Source: Treponemataceae bacterium (lineage in GTDB: Bacteria > Spirochaetota > Spirochaetia > Treponematales > Rectinemataceae). From it: a DNA stretch of 64,000 nucleotides. The position numbers and the translations under genes were made by a program. Numbering within the stretch: the stretch's first letter is position 1; the number at the start of each line of letters is the position of its first letter. Shown here in pieces: positions 9,309-19,567 of this stretch. The notes beneath the pieces were generated by a model. That model was not told the origin of the DNA, did no database searches, and worked only from the letters and a program-made list of their open reading frames with translations. The stretch is from NCBI GenBank assembly GCA_963667725.2, contig CAXXHO010000003.1:1312001-1376000 (forward strand), given 5' to 3'.

Positions 9309-11515
9309 TGTCCCTGTTCCTTCTGCTTTGGGTATTCGATCCTGGAATGAAACTGACCGGCCATTATCCGCACGAAGGAATGCCGTATGACTTCCAAGTC
9401 TCTCAGGGTAAGCTCGCAGTCGTCCAGCTGTCCTTCCTGTATCTTGTCGAGTATGAGCTGGTGGACATGGGCATCGAGACGCGGGACGGAGGGTTTCTTG
9501 AGGGTGCGGGTGGAGGCTTCGACGGCGTCGGCAAGCATGACTATGCCGGACTCCTTATTGGCCGGCGGGAAGCCGGGGTAGGAAAAATCTTCCTTGCGTA
9601 TGGAGTCGTCAGCTTTTTTAGCCTTATCGTAAAACCAGGCGATGACGGAGTTGCCGTGATGCTGGGCTATGATATCGACGACAGCCTTGGGAAGCTTGAG
9701 GCTCCTGGCCTTCTCGACACCGATCTTCACATGGCTGCGTATCACCGTGGCCGATAGGCGGGGATTTATATCGTCATGCTTGTTGACGCCCCGCTGATTT
9801 TCTACGAAATACTCGGACTGCTCGATTTTACCTATGTCGTGATAGTAGGCGCCTACTCGAGCGAGGAGGGGGTTGGCGCCGATATCCTCGGCGGCGGCCT
9901 CGGCAAGGTGGGCGACATTCATGGAATGCGAATAGGTCCCGGGAGCCTGGGTGAGCAATTCCTTAAGGGCCGGCGAATTCACGTCCGACAGCTCAAGGAG
10001 CCGGAATCGCGTCGGAAGGTTGAACGATTGCTCCAAAATGGGCAGGATGGCCAGGATGAAGGCGCAGCTGATGAATCCGTTCAGCGCCAGATACCCCGAG
10101 AGGGAGAGAAGCTCGGCGATTCTAAGCCCCTGTTGAACAAGCAGGATGAGGGCGAGCAGGAACTGGACGCCGGCTTGGAAGACAGCGGCCAGCACGAGGT
10201 TGACCCTTGTCTTGGCCGAGCTGATCATGAAGGTCGCGAATATTCCCGAAAAGATGACAAAAACGATGTAGTAGGGGTTCAGGTTGGAAGCCGAAGCGGC
10301 CAGCATCCCGAGCACGATGGAGAAAGAAAAAGAGAAGCGCTGCCCGGCAAGAGCCGCGCCGATTCCCGTAAAAAGCGCCACGGGAATGAGATAAGCCCCT
10401 TCGAACTGGAATTCTCCCGCGCTGGTTCTGCTCGCGAGAAGGACAATCACGTAGAAGACGAGGGCGCTGTAGACGCACATGAGGACGCCGTTCGTGCCGG
10501 CGGCGCCGTATTCCGCGTCCTTCTTCCTGAGGAGGAAAAATCCGAGGCTCGCGGAAGCCAGAAGCATACCCAGACTCCGCATGGAGAGGCCGATTTCCGA
10601 ACGGGATACGGCGCCGCGGATAGCCTGGAGCCTGGCAAAATTTTCATCGGTCACCATTTCGCCCTTGCGGATCAGCAGCTCATTCTTGCCGACGGCGCGG
10701 GTTACTGGATCTACCTTGGCGCCAACTTTGCGCAGCCGGGTAAGGGAGGTCGCTTCGTCAAAAAAGACGTTCTCCGTCACGAAGCCTGTCACAAGGCCCT
10801 CGACGATGCCAGAGAGGGGGCGGGCCAAATGTTTGAGGGAAATTTCCTCGTCGATCAGCCTCCCGATTTCGCTTTTGGTGACCATGGAGTTCCTGGGGCG
10901 CTGCTCCAGTTCGGTTTTGTCGTTCACGAGGCGACGCAGCTCGAAATAATCCTGGTTGAAGCGGCTCAATCCTTCGGTAGGAAGCGAGAAGACACCGTTC
11001 CCGAGTATTCTCCCCAGTATATCCTTCGCGTAGACGAGGGCTTGGGCTTTGAGAGAGGATTTCGCCAGGGCAAAAAGGGTTTCTCTTGGCAAGGTTCCGG
11101 GGAACTTGCTCTGAAGCATCAGGATGCCTGTCTCGAGAGCGATATCCTGATCCATGAGCTCCCTGAAGCTGTTGGAGAAATTATCATACTGATCGAGCAT
11201 TCTTCTGGTGATGCCGCTGTCGAGCTGAAAAACGGGAAGGACGAGTCGTTCCTCGGCGTCTACTCTTAGGCGTGTAGCTTCGGCGTCGACATAGACGACG
11301 TCTTTGCCCGCGGTGATATCCCTATCCGCGATGTTGCCTGGAGCCAAGCCCTCGAAATTGCGCTTGACGGCCACCGAGCCCGGTCCGAGAAAGAAAAGGA
11401 ACAAGGCGGCCAACCCCAGGCTGATGAAAAAGTGAAGGCTAAAGAACTTGTCTCTGGCCGGATCCACGGAGAAGACTCCTCGCTTGCCGGGAGAAACGGT
11501 ATCATTCATTTTCAT
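9305..11515 (-). CDS. 7TM-HDIG phosphohydrolase (PgpH-like putative c-di-AMP phosphodiesterase)
   Basis: large extracytoplasmic domain, about 7 TM helices, APGTYSHS, YYHDIGK, QHHG, MLADAVEA; start 11515 or 11509 overlapping the phoH stop. Confidence 0.88.
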   Translation of the reverse strand: MKMNDTVSPGKRGVFSVDPARDKFFSLHFFISLGLAALFLFFLGPGSVAVKRNFEGLAPGNIADRDITAGKDVVYVDAEATRLRVDAEERLVLPVFQLDSGITRRMLDQYDNFSNSFRELMDQDIALETGILMLQSKFPGTLPRETLFALAKSSLKAQALVYAKDILGRILGNGVFSLPTEGLSRFNQDYFELRRLVNDKTELEQRPRNSMVTKSEIGRLIDEEISLKHLARPLSGIVEGLVTGFVTENVFFDEATSLTRLRKVGAKVDPVTRAVGKNELLIRKGEMVTDENFARLQAIRGAVSRSEIGLSMRSLGMLLASASLGFFLLRKKDAEYGAAGTNGVLMCVYSALVFYVIVLLASRTSAGEFQFEGAYLIPVALFTGIGAALAGQRFSFSFSIVLGMLAASASNLNPYYIVFVIFSGIFATFMISSAKTRVNLVLAAVFQAGVQFLLALILLVQQGLRIAELLSLSGYLALNGFISCAFILAILPILEQSFNLPTRFRLLELSDVNSPALKELLTQAPGTYSHSMNVAHLAEAAAEDIGANPLLARVGAYYHDIGKIEQSEYFVENQRGVNKHDDINPRLSATVIRSHVKIGVEKARSLKLPKAVVDIIAQHHGNSVIAWFYDKAKKADDSIRKEDFSYPGFPPANKESGIVMLADAVEASTRTLKKPSVPRLDAHVHQLILDKIQEGQLDDCELTLRDLEVIRHSFVRIMAGQFHSRIEYPKQKEQGQ

Positions 11516-12473
11516 AGGCTTCGATGATTTTCCTGACCAGAGGACTTCGTACCACATCGCGGGAATCGAGGCGATTAACAAAAACATCGTCGATATTCGA
11601 AAGGATCTGGATCGCGTGGACAAGTCCGGACTCGGTTCTCTTGGGCAGATCTATCTGGGTGATATCCCCTGTCACGATCGCTTTCGAGTTTTCCCCGAGT
11701 CGGGTCAAAAACATCTTCATCTGCTCCTTGGTAGTGTTCTGCGCTTCGTCCAGTATCACGACGCAGTTGCTCAGGCTTCGTCCTCTCATATAAGCCAATG
11801 GCGCCACCTCTATGGATCTGGACTCCTCGAGGCGGCGGATGGCCTCAAAGGGAAGAATGAGTTCCATGGCGTCGTAGAGAGGGCGCAGGTAGGGGTTTAT
11901 CTTCTGGACGAGATCGCCGGGAAGGAAACCCAGGCTCTCTCCCGCCTCCACAATAGGTCTCGTGAGGATGAGTTTCCTTTTGGCTTTCACCAGCAGTTCC
12001 CTGAGCGCCCAGGCCATCGCGAGATAGGTTTTGCCCGTGCCCGCCGGGCCGACGGAGAAGACAAGATCGTGCGTGGCCAAGCCCTTCAGGTAGAGACCTT
12101 GCCCTTTGCTCCGCGGATATATCTTTATATGGCTCCCAGGCACCTGGATGCAGGAATCGAGGAAATCTTCGCAGGAGGATTCGCGTTCTTCCCTCGAGGG
12201 TTGGCGGCCAAGCGGCGTCAGCTCGGCGTGAAGCGCGATGATAAGATCGGGCGTCGCCGGAAGTCCACCTTCCACCGAGGTCACCAGGGCATCGATCAGC
12301 GCAGAAAAAAGACGCTGTTTATCCTCGTCCCCCCTCTCGATCGACAGCTCGTTCCCTCTGCTCAGAACCCTGGTCCCCAACAAATCCCCTATGATCGAAA
12401 GATTGTAATCATTGGGTCCGCAGAGTTCAGCGAGCAATTCAGTATTTTCCAATATAATGCTCTCCGAATTCAA
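11502..12473 (-). CDS. phoH: PhoH family ATPase
   Basis: GPAGTGKT, LGFLPGDL, PLAYMRGR, LDEAQN, GDITQIDL; TTG start after AAGGAGAGG. Confidence 0.93.
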   Translation of the reverse strand: MNSESIILENTELLAELCGPNDYNLSIIGDLLGTRVLSRGNELSIERGDEDKQRLFSALIDALVTSVEGGLPATPDLIIALHAELTPLGRQPSREERESSCEDFLDSCIQVPGSHIKIYPRSKGQGLYLKGLATHDLVFSVGPAGTGKTYLAMAWALRELLVKAKRKLILTRPIVEAGESLGFLPGDLVQKINPYLRPLYDAMELILPFEAIRRLEESRSIEVAPLAYMRGRSLSNCVVILDEAQNTTKEQMKMFLTRLGENSKAIVTGDITQIDLPKRTESGLVHAIQILSNIDDVFVNRLDSRDVVRSPLVRKIIEAYENE

Positions 12474-12580
12474 AACCTCTCCTTATAAGCAGTGACGTAC
12501 TTCATGTCGTATCATGAAGTATATCGATGCGGGCACGATTTGTATATTATCCAGGCTGCCGGCGGCGATCCATGGCGCTT

Positions 12581-15500
12581 TCATTCGGTGAATCCGCCTT
12601 CCTCATAGACTTTCGACGCCTTTATCTGCGGAATGTCTTTCCAGGTAACCGCGAGGCTGAACGAGAAATCGAGCTGGTAGTAAGGTCTGCCGCTGTCGGG
12701 CGTAACGAGCACCGGACTCATGCCAAGCGCCGCTTCCAGATTCCAGTCATGCAAATCCTGGGCCAATTTGAGGTTGAAACTCTGCAGCTTGAACAGGGAA
12801 CTCTTGAGCTTGGCGCTGTCCCATAGGGAGAGAGAGTTGGCAAGGTCGGTCAGAAAATTCCTGTAGTAGTCCGATGGATTGAAGCTCCCCGAAGAGGGAA
12901 AGAGCGATGGCCAGTAACGCCAAGCCGATTTGTTGGCCGAGACGCTCGAAATGCTCAGCGAGGTACCCTCGGCGCTCGTGAGGGAGAGATCTATGCTCGC
13001 GCCCAGGGTGGACTCCGTAAACCGTACGAGATTCTGCGTATACGAAATCGTGGGACGCAGATAAAACTGAAGCGAGGAACTGTTTGTGTCGGTTTTAGCC
13101 GATGTCTCGCCAATTTTAGGCGTCAAGGAAAGCGAAGCTTCGTAAGGCCTGAAGCTTTCTGTGCCGTCAGTGCTCCACAGGCCGTCCGAAAAGGAATAGC
13201 CCTTCGATTTTTTGGCGGTGAAGGCCGTTTTTGCCCAGCCGTATTCCAGTGAAGTAACGCTCGAGAGAGGAGCCGCTTCGTCGAAATCCCAAGAAAAATC
13301 GGATTTGAGCACCGGAAAAGGCGAGGCGCCCAGGATGAGCAGGGCGCTCAGAGTGGAGGGAAGCAGCTCGGCGCCGCCGCTCGCCCTGGAAATCGCTCCG
13401 GTGAGATTAGCCTGGAAATACTTCCTGCTGAAAGCATAGGCGGCCGAATACTTTTCCAGGAGAGGCGGCAGCGAAGCGGTAAAACTCAACCGCTGCGACG
13501 CTTTGTTCCTGGGAGCCAAGGATAGCGAGGCCGAAAGGGCGTGGCTGCTCAATGTATCGCTGTTCCAACCTATCCATGTGGAAGTGTAGATCGGCAAGGA
13601 ATCCTTTCCGTCATCGGTGAGCCCCGAGTACTTGTTCTTGTAGAGCGTGCCGCCGATGGAATATTGCAGGGATGAGGTCGATAAGGAAGTGCCCGAAGGG
13701 AAAGGGGAAACCGACAGAGCGGCGCTCGCGTCGACCGTCGTCGATCGATAGGAATAATCGGATAATCTGTACGGATGGACCGTCGTGGGCGAAATCCTCT
13801 CGTCCCTGAGATAGGGTCTCCATTGATCCTGGGAGCTGAACCCGAGGCTCGTCTGCATGGCCAGCAGTTTCTCAGCCCAGCTAGCGCTGGATGTCAGCGT
13901 CGCGCTCCCCTTCCAGCCGGCAAGGAGATAGGAAAGCGAAGTATCCACATCCTCGGGGTAGATCCAATCCGAAGAATAGAATTTCTCCTCGATGCTTGTG
14001 GAGCCCGATGCCGTCCAGCCAAGGTTGATCGAACTCTGCGAAAAATCCCTCGCCTTCTTTTCCGATGCCGCGAGGGATGAGTCTGCGGCAGTGAACTCGT
14101 CGCCTTCGTTTTCCGTCGGAGGAGTTGAATTTTCGCCATCGCCTTCAAGAACCGCGGCTTCGGCTTCTCCTGACGCTTCGGATATTCCGGGGGTTCGGGT
14201 TTCCCCGGCCGTGACGGAGGCCTGGGCCGCTCCTGCCGCTTCGGCAAGCGCGGCGTTGGCGCCTCCCGCCTTTTTTGCCTTTGAATCGTATTGAATGAAG
14301 GTACCCGAGAGTGAAAAAGAACTGTCCAGGAACTTCAGGCTATCCGGGTAGAAGAAATCCCGCTGTGGATCCACGGCCAGAATCCTTTTTTGGGCGGTCG
14401 TGAGCCCTGTGGTCGGCTGCGATTTGGATTTCCACGCCATCTGCGCCGCAAGTTTGGAGACGGAGGCGCTTTGCAGGAGCGATGGACCCTTGGTGTTTTG
14501 GACCGACCAGCTAAGGCTGGATTGCAGGCTTTGCGTCATGGAAGTCCGTTTCGATACGGCTGTGGTATTAGCGTCGATGGCCGAGAGCATATTGGAAGAT
14601 TCGCTTCGCTGGTAAAAGTCCTTCTCGAAATAAGGATCCGAATACAAAGGCATTTTGACGGCTACGGAATAACGCAGCGGTCCTGAAGTTTTCTTGTATG
14701 AATAGGTGGCGTCCAGTCCGAACCTTAGCGGAAGGGCGATGCCGAGGAAGTTGGAGGAGTTCCAGTTGGAAACATTTCCGTTCGAGGCGTCGAAGGGCGA
14801 ATAGAAACCATTCGATTCGAGGAAAAGCGAACGGCTCAAGCCCATGCCGACCGTGAAGTCCAGGGAGCCGGATTTTGTTTCGGGAATCGTGCCCGCCAGG
14901 CCGACATAGATACCTAAGGCCGAATAGATATCGGCGAGCAGCTTCAGAGTCCGGCCATTCGAAGTTTTCGAGGCATTCCCCGCCCCGTCTTCGCCGTCGA
15001 CGGAAGCTGACTGCAGCCGCTTGATGAAAATGCCCGACAGTACCGTCGTTCCGCCGCTTTCCTCCTCGTTGAACAAGGAAAGACTGCTGGAAGAATTTGT
15101 TTCCTTTTTCATCTCCCCGAGAAGGTACGTCGTCGTCTGGACAAAAGCCCCTTCTCTCGAGCGATACCCTATGACGGGGTGGAAGACGATTTCATCGTTC
15201 GGATAGTAAAAAAACGGAAGCCACAGAACGGGCACGACGCCAAGATAGAGCGTAGCGCCGGACAAGGCCCAGTCGCCGTTTTCGAAAAGCCACACTTTCT
15301 TCGCCCTGATATGATAATGGGGCTGAGGGTCTTCGCAGGCGGTGACGAGGGCGTCTTCGAGTATGCTGAGGTCGCTTGCCCTTCTTGTTAGCTTTTCAAA
15401 ATGAAAAGAGAGGCTTCGCTTGACCGCGGCGGAAGGGTCGAGATTATAGACGCCATCCAGAAATATCCCGGAATAGGATTTAAGGTCGACGAGGATCGTG

Positions 15501-16015
15501 GATCCCCTGAATTCGTCGTTGTGCCCCTGCCCTTCGCGAATATAGAGGACATCGCCCTTCGCCTGAACGATTTCCTTGTCCCTGTTGAAGATAATCTCAT
15601 CGGCCTGGATCTTGTGGCTGAAACCGTCATCGGTCGTTATCTTCAGCGTCAGAGGGCCCGAGAGCCTAATGAAGCTGTCCTGGCTGCCTTCGAGGGTGAA
15701 ATATTCCAGGTTGGAGGCGCTCTCTATCGTTATGCTGGAGGCCGAGGGCGGCGTGGCCGGCGGCGAAAGCTTGAAGAATTCATAAAGCCGGGAGCGCAAA
15801 TCCTGGCTCAAGCCTTCCATGGAAAGCCCGTACTTTTCCGCCATAGATCTGAGTTCGTAATAATTGCTGATGGCTATATCGAGAGCGAGGGATTTGCGTT
15901 CGATTTCGGACATGGCAGCCAGGACATCGGACGACTGCGCCCCCCCCGGTGACTGGGCGAATACCGAGACCGCGAGAAAAAGGCTGAGGCCGAGTACGAT
16001 GGCTTTGCGAAACAT
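12581..16015 (-). CDS. LptD-like outer-membrane protein (spirochaete type)
   Basis: signal peptide; OstA-like N-domain with TAC..PHYHIRAKKVW and VPVLWLPFFYYP; long beta-strand-rich C-part with QDLHDW; adjacent to uvrA. Confidence 0.75.
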   Translation of the reverse strand: MFRKAIVLGLSLFLAVSVFAQSPGGAQSSDVLAAMSEIERKSLALDIAISNYYELRSMAEKYGLSMEGLSQDLRSRLYEFFKLSPPATPPSASSITIESASNLEYFTLEGSQDSFIRLSGPLTLKITTDDGFSHKIQADEIIFNRDKEIVQAKGDVLYIREGQGHNDEFRGSTILVDLKSYSGIFLDGVYNLDPSAAVKRSLSFHFEKLTRRASDLSILEDALVTACEDPQPHYHIRAKKVWLFENGDWALSGATLYLGVVPVLWLPFFYYPNDEIVFHPVIGYRSREGAFVQTTTYLLGEMKKETNSSSSLSLFNEEESGGTTVLSGIFIKRLQSASVDGEDGAGNASKTSNGRTLKLLADIYSALGIYVGLAGTIPETKSGSLDFTVGMGLSRSLFLESNGFYSPFDASNGNVSNWNSSNFLGIALPLRFGLDATYSYKKTSGPLRYSVAVKMPLYSDPYFEKDFYQRSESSNMLSAIDANTTAVSKRTSMTQSLQSSLSWSVQNTKGPSLLQSASVSKLAAQMAWKSKSQPTTGLTTAQKRILAVDPQRDFFYPDSLKFLDSSFSLSGTFIQYDSKAKKAGGANAALAEAAGAAQASVTAGETRTPGISEASGEAEAAVLEGDGENSTPPTENEGDEFTAADSSLAASEKKARDFSQSSINLGWTASGSTSIEEKFYSSDWIYPEDVDTSLSYLLAGWKGSATLTSSASWAEKLLAMQTSLGFSSQDQWRPYLRDERISPTTVHPYRLSDYSYRSTTVDASAALSVSPFPSGTSLSTSSLQYSIGGTLYKNKYSGLTDDGKDSLPIYTSTWIGWNSDTLSSHALSASLSLAPRNKASQRLSFTASLPPLLEKYSAAYAFSRKYFQANLTGAISRASGGAELLPSTLSALLILGASPFPVLKSDFSWDFDEAAPLSSVTSLEYGWAKTAFTAKKSKGYSFSDGLWSTDGTESFRPYEASLSLTPKIGETSAKTDTNSSSLQFYLRPTISYTQNLVRFTESTLGASIDLSLTSAEGTSLSISSVSANKSAWRYWPSLFPSSGSFNPSDYYRNFLTDLANSLSLWDSAKLKSSLFKLQSFNLKLAQDLHDWNLEAALGMSPVLVTPDSGRPYYQLDFSFSLAVTWKDIPQIKASKVYEEGGFTE

Positions 16016-16022
16016 CTAGGCG

Positions 16023-16052
16023 ATAGTACACCGGCCGGATGCCGGGATGCAA
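16023..16052 (-). promoter_or_regulatory. promoter directly upstream of the lptD-like ATG (leaderless candidate)
   Basis: TTGCAT-N18-TACTAT-N7-ATG with no SD. Confidence 0.55.
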
Positions 16053-16054
16053 CA

Positions 16055-18886
16055 TTAAGCGCGATGGCTTCCCAGGTACTCCCGGAGATATTTTCCGGTA
16101 TAGGAAGCCTTATTCTTGACGACTTCCTCGGGCCTTCCCTGGACTACGATGTTGCCTCCCTTCGTTCCGCCTTCAGGTCCCAGATCGATAATCCAGTCGG
16201 CCAGTTTTATGACATCGAGGTTGTGCTCGATCATCACGATGCTGTTGCCCGAGTCCACGAGCCGCTGGATGACTTCCATAAGCTGCTTGACGTCGGCGAA
16301 GTGCAGGCCCGTCGTGGGTTCGTCCATGAAATAGAGCGTCTTACCCGTGGAACGCTTGGCGAGTTCGAAGGCCAGCTTGATGCGCTGCGCCTCTCCGCCC
16401 GAAAGCGTCAGCGCGGACTGCCCGACCTTGACGTATCCCAGCCCCACCGAAAGGAGGGTTTCGAATTTATGCGCGATCGGGGGAATATGAGCGAAAAACT
16501 TTGCCGCTTCCTCTATCGTCATCTCGAGGACATCGGCGATGTTTTTTCCTTTGTAGCGCAGGTCCAAGGTGTCGGCGTTGAACCGTTTCCCGTGGCAGAC
16601 ATCGCACTCGATATAGACGTCGGGCAGGAAATTCATCTCTATCTTGAGCGTGCCGTCGCCCTGGCAATTTTCGCAGCGCCCGCCTTTCACGTTAAAGCTG
16701 TACCGGCCCGACTTCCAGCCTCTTGCCTTCGATTCGGGCAGATTGGCGTAAAGTTCCCTTATGGCGGTGAAGACTCCGACATAAGTCGCCGGATTGGATC
16801 GCGGCGTCCTGCCGATGGGGCTCTGGTCGATATTGATGATCTTGTCGATGTTTTCGATGCCTTCGATACCGCTGTACTCGCCCTCCAGAAGGTTGGAACG
16901 CATGACGCGGTTGGAGATGGCCGGATAGAGAAGATCGGTGAGGAGGGTGCTTTTCCCCGAACCCGATACGCCGGTGATGCATACGAACATCCCGAGCGGG
17001 ATCCGCACATCCAGGTCTTTCAGGTTGTGTTCGCGAGCGCCGCGCACGACGATTTCCCTTCCGTTTCCATCCCGCCTGACCGCCGGAACATCTATGGAAA
17101 GTTTCCCCGCAAGGTACAGCCCGGTAATGCTTTTGCTCGAACGCATGACTTCTTCGGGCGTGCCCTGCGCGACTATCTTGCCGCCATGCTCTCCAGCTCC
17201 TGGGCCGAGGTCGACGATGTAGTCGGCGGTCCGCAGCGTCTGCTCGTCGTGCTCGACGACGATGAGGGTGTTGCCGATATCCCGCATGTAGAGGAGCGTA
17301 TCGATGAGACGCTGGTTATCGCGCTGATGAAGCCCGATGGAAGGTTCGTCCAGGATATAGAGCACGCCGACAAGTGAACTGCCGATCTGCGTGGCGAGCC
17401 GTATCCGCTGCGCTTCGCCTCCAGAAAGCGTGGCCGCCTTTCGTTCCAGCGTCAGGTATTCCAGGCCCACATTTTTCATGAAGGTGAGTCTCGCCTTGAT
17501 TTCCTTCGTAATCTGCTTGGAAATCTGCTTTTCCACATCGGTGAACGTCACGGTGGAGAAGAATTTAAGCGCTTCCTCCACCGACATGGACGAGACCTCG
17601 TTGATGTTCTTGTTTCCTATCGTCACGGCCAAGGCCTCGGGGCGAAGACGTTTCCCGCCGCAGGCCGTGCAGGGCTTTTCGGTCATGAAGCTTTCCAGCC
17701 ACTGCTTTACGCCCTCGCTTGTCGTTTCCCTGTAGCGTCGCTTGAGATCGGCCAGAATTCCGGGAAATTTCGTGTTGTATTCAAAGTGCCCTGTCTTGTC
17801 CTTGTTGTCGTAATGGTATTTTATGGGGTCGTCGGTTCCGTACAGTATGGCCTTCATTATCGCCGGACTCAAATCCTCAAAGGCCGTATCGAGACTGAAC
17901 CTGTAATAGGTGGCGAGGGCTTCGAACCTGGATCTGTTCCACGCGGAGGAGGGATTGTAGGGAAGACAGCCGCCCTCGTTGAAGGATAGGCTCCTGTCCG
18001 GTATGCAGAGGTCTGGCTCGAACTCGAGATTGAGCCCCAGACCGGTGCAAGAGGGACAGGCGCCCTGAGGGGCGTTGAACGAGAAGAGACGAGGTTCCAT
18101 CTCAGGAAGCGAAATGCCGCATTCTGGACAGGCGCCTTTCTGGCTGAAAAATTCCTCTGAGATGCCTTTGTCGGATTCCTTGAGCACGATGACGACGCCA
18201 TCGGCGATCTGGAGCGAGGTCTCGACGGCTTCGGCTATGCGCCGCCTCACGTCAGGTCCCTGTTTGATTCTGTCGACGACGACTTCAATGGTATGCTTTT
18301 TCTGCTTCTCGAGCGAAATATCTTCCTCGAGCTCCCGCATCACGCCATCGACGCGCGCGCGCGCGAATCCCTGCTTCCGCGCGTCCTCAAACCATTTTTT
18401 ATGCTCGCCCTTCATGGCGCGCACGACGGGAGCCAGGATCTGGAGCTTGGTACCGGAAGGCCAGGACAGTATCACGTCCAGAATCTGGTCGACGCTCTGT
18501 TCTTTGATGACGCGGCCGCAGGAGGGGCAATGGGGCGTCCCGATCCTCGCGTAGAGAAGGCGGAAATAATCGTGGATCTCGGTAACCGTGCCCACCGTGG
18601 AGCGGGGATTCTTATGCGTCGTCTTCTGCTCTATGGAAATCGCGGGGGACAGGCCTTCGATATAATCCACGTCGGGTTTGTCCATGCGGCCCAGGAACAT
18701 TCTCGCGTATGACGAGAGGGATTCGACATAGCGCCGCTGTCCTTCCGCGAAAATAGTGTCGAAGGCGAGCGAACTCTTGCCCGATCCCGAAAGTCCGGAT
18801 ATTACGATGAGCTTATTGCGCGGAAGTTCCAGGTCTATATTCTTCAGATTGTGCTCACGGGCACCTTTGATGATTAGTTTATCCAT
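16055..18886 (-). CDS. uvrA: excinuclease ABC subunit A
   Basis: GAREHNLKN, two Walker A motifs (GLSGSGKS, GVSGSGKS), zinc fingers, LSGGEAQRI twice. Confidence 0.97.
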   Translation of the reverse strand: MDKLIIKGAREHNLKNIDLELPRNKLIVISGLSGSGKSSLAFDTIFAEGQRRYVESLSSYARMFLGRMDKPDVDYIEGLSPAISIEQKTTHKNPRSTVGTVTEIHDYFRLLYARIGTPHCPSCGRVIKEQSVDQILDVILSWPSGTKLQILAPVVRAMKGEHKKWFEDARKQGFARARVDGVMRELEEDISLEKQKKHTIEVVVDRIKQGPDVRRRIAEAVETSLQIADGVVIVLKESDKGISEEFFSQKGACPECGISLPEMEPRLFSFNAPQGACPSCTGLGLNLEFEPDLCIPDRSLSFNEGGCLPYNPSSAWNRSRFEALATYYRFSLDTAFEDLSPAIMKAILYGTDDPIKYHYDNKDKTGHFEYNTKFPGILADLKRRYRETTSEGVKQWLESFMTEKPCTACGGKRLRPEALAVTIGNKNINEVSSMSVEEALKFFSTVTFTDVEKQISKQITKEIKARLTFMKNVGLEYLTLERKAATLSGGEAQRIRLATQIGSSLVGVLYILDEPSIGLHQRDNQRLIDTLLYMRDIGNTLIVVEHDEQTLRTADYIVDLGPGAGEHGGKIVAQGTPEEVMRSSKSITGLYLAGKLSIDVPAVRRDGNGREIVVRGAREHNLKDLDVRIPLGMFVCITGVSGSGKSTLLTDLLYPAISNRVMRSNLLEGEYSGIEGIENIDKIINIDQSPIGRTPRSNPATYVGVFTAIRELYANLPESKARGWKSGRYSFNVKGGRCENCQGDGTLKIEMNFLPDVYIECDVCHGKRFNADTLDLRYKGKNIADVLEMTIEEAAKFFAHIPPIAHKFETLLSVGLGYVKVGQSALTLSGGEAQRIKLAFELAKRSTGKTLYFMDEPTTGLHFADVKQLMEVIQRLVDSGNSIVMIEHNLDVIKLADWIIDLGPEGGTKGGNIVVQGRPEEVVKNKASYTGKYLREYLGSHRA

Positions 18887-18934
18887 ACGATGCCACAAGG
18901 ATACGATATTAGGTCATTCGAGGCAAGTAGTGGC

Positions 18935-19567
18935 CTACATATGTATAGTAAAAAACTTTATCCAGTGCGGTAATTTGTCCGCTGCGGTCTTGAAGGCAGC
19001 CGTTGGAATAGGGCTTGTCGAAGGGAGTCTCGTTACGAGTAGGCGCCGCTCCGGCGAAAGACTGGGTATCCAGACAAGACGGTCGCCGGTTCTGGATAGC
19101 GCAGCCCCACCCCTGCCCTCGCCGCCCCGGCTAGCGCCGCCCCCGCCTCCAGCCAGAGTGGATTCCTTAACGAATTCTCTCGCGAATCCCTGGGCGGCTG
19201 CTCCCCCATTCGCGCCGATCGCGCCAATGGATGGATGCCGGCGCAGGAACTCCTCAATCGGATTAGGCCGTGCTCGGGAGATGTCCTTGTCCAAGCTTCC
19301 CGGTCTTTCGCAGGAAGAGAAAATGTCCCAGAGGGCAATCCGCGCCTTTTTCAGCATCTCGATCTTCTCGGCATAGGAATGGGGCTCGGGCAGCCCGACG
19401 CACTCGGAGACTATCTTCCAGAAATGATTCCGCGGGTTGCCATAGTATTCGCGCTTCGCCAGCGAGCGCGCCGAGGGGAAGGAACCAAGAATCAGGTAGA
19501 GCGGATACTCGCTTTCCTCGACCGCGCCCGCCGGGGGAAAGCCCTCGAGCGGGACATTCTCAGACAT
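18935..19567 (-). CDS. uracil-DNA glycosylase superfamily protein (DNA-deoxyinosine glycosylase/MUG-like)
   Basis: LILGSFPS..SL....YY.NPRNHFW, IALWD, GSLD..I, LPSTSP; ATG overlaps the ychF stop. Confidence 0.85.
   Translation of the reverse strand: MSENVPLEGFPPAGAVEESEYPLYLILGSFPSARSLAKREYYGNPRNHFWKIVSECVGLPEPHSYAEKIEMLKKARIALWDIFSSCERPGSLDKDISRARPNPIEEFLRRHPSIGAIGANGGAAAQGFAREFVKESTLAGGGGGASRGGEGRGGAALSRTGDRLVWIPSLSPERRLLVTRLPSTSPIPTAAFKTAADKLPHWIKFFTIHM

Noticed and set aside
9776..11269. 497-aa ORF antisense to the HDIG gene; likewise 11448-12488, 16064-17377, 19683-20672, 44474-45556 and 48036-49457
   Set aside because: Shadow ORFs expected from high-GC3 codon bias; no motifs, fully overlapping well-supported genes
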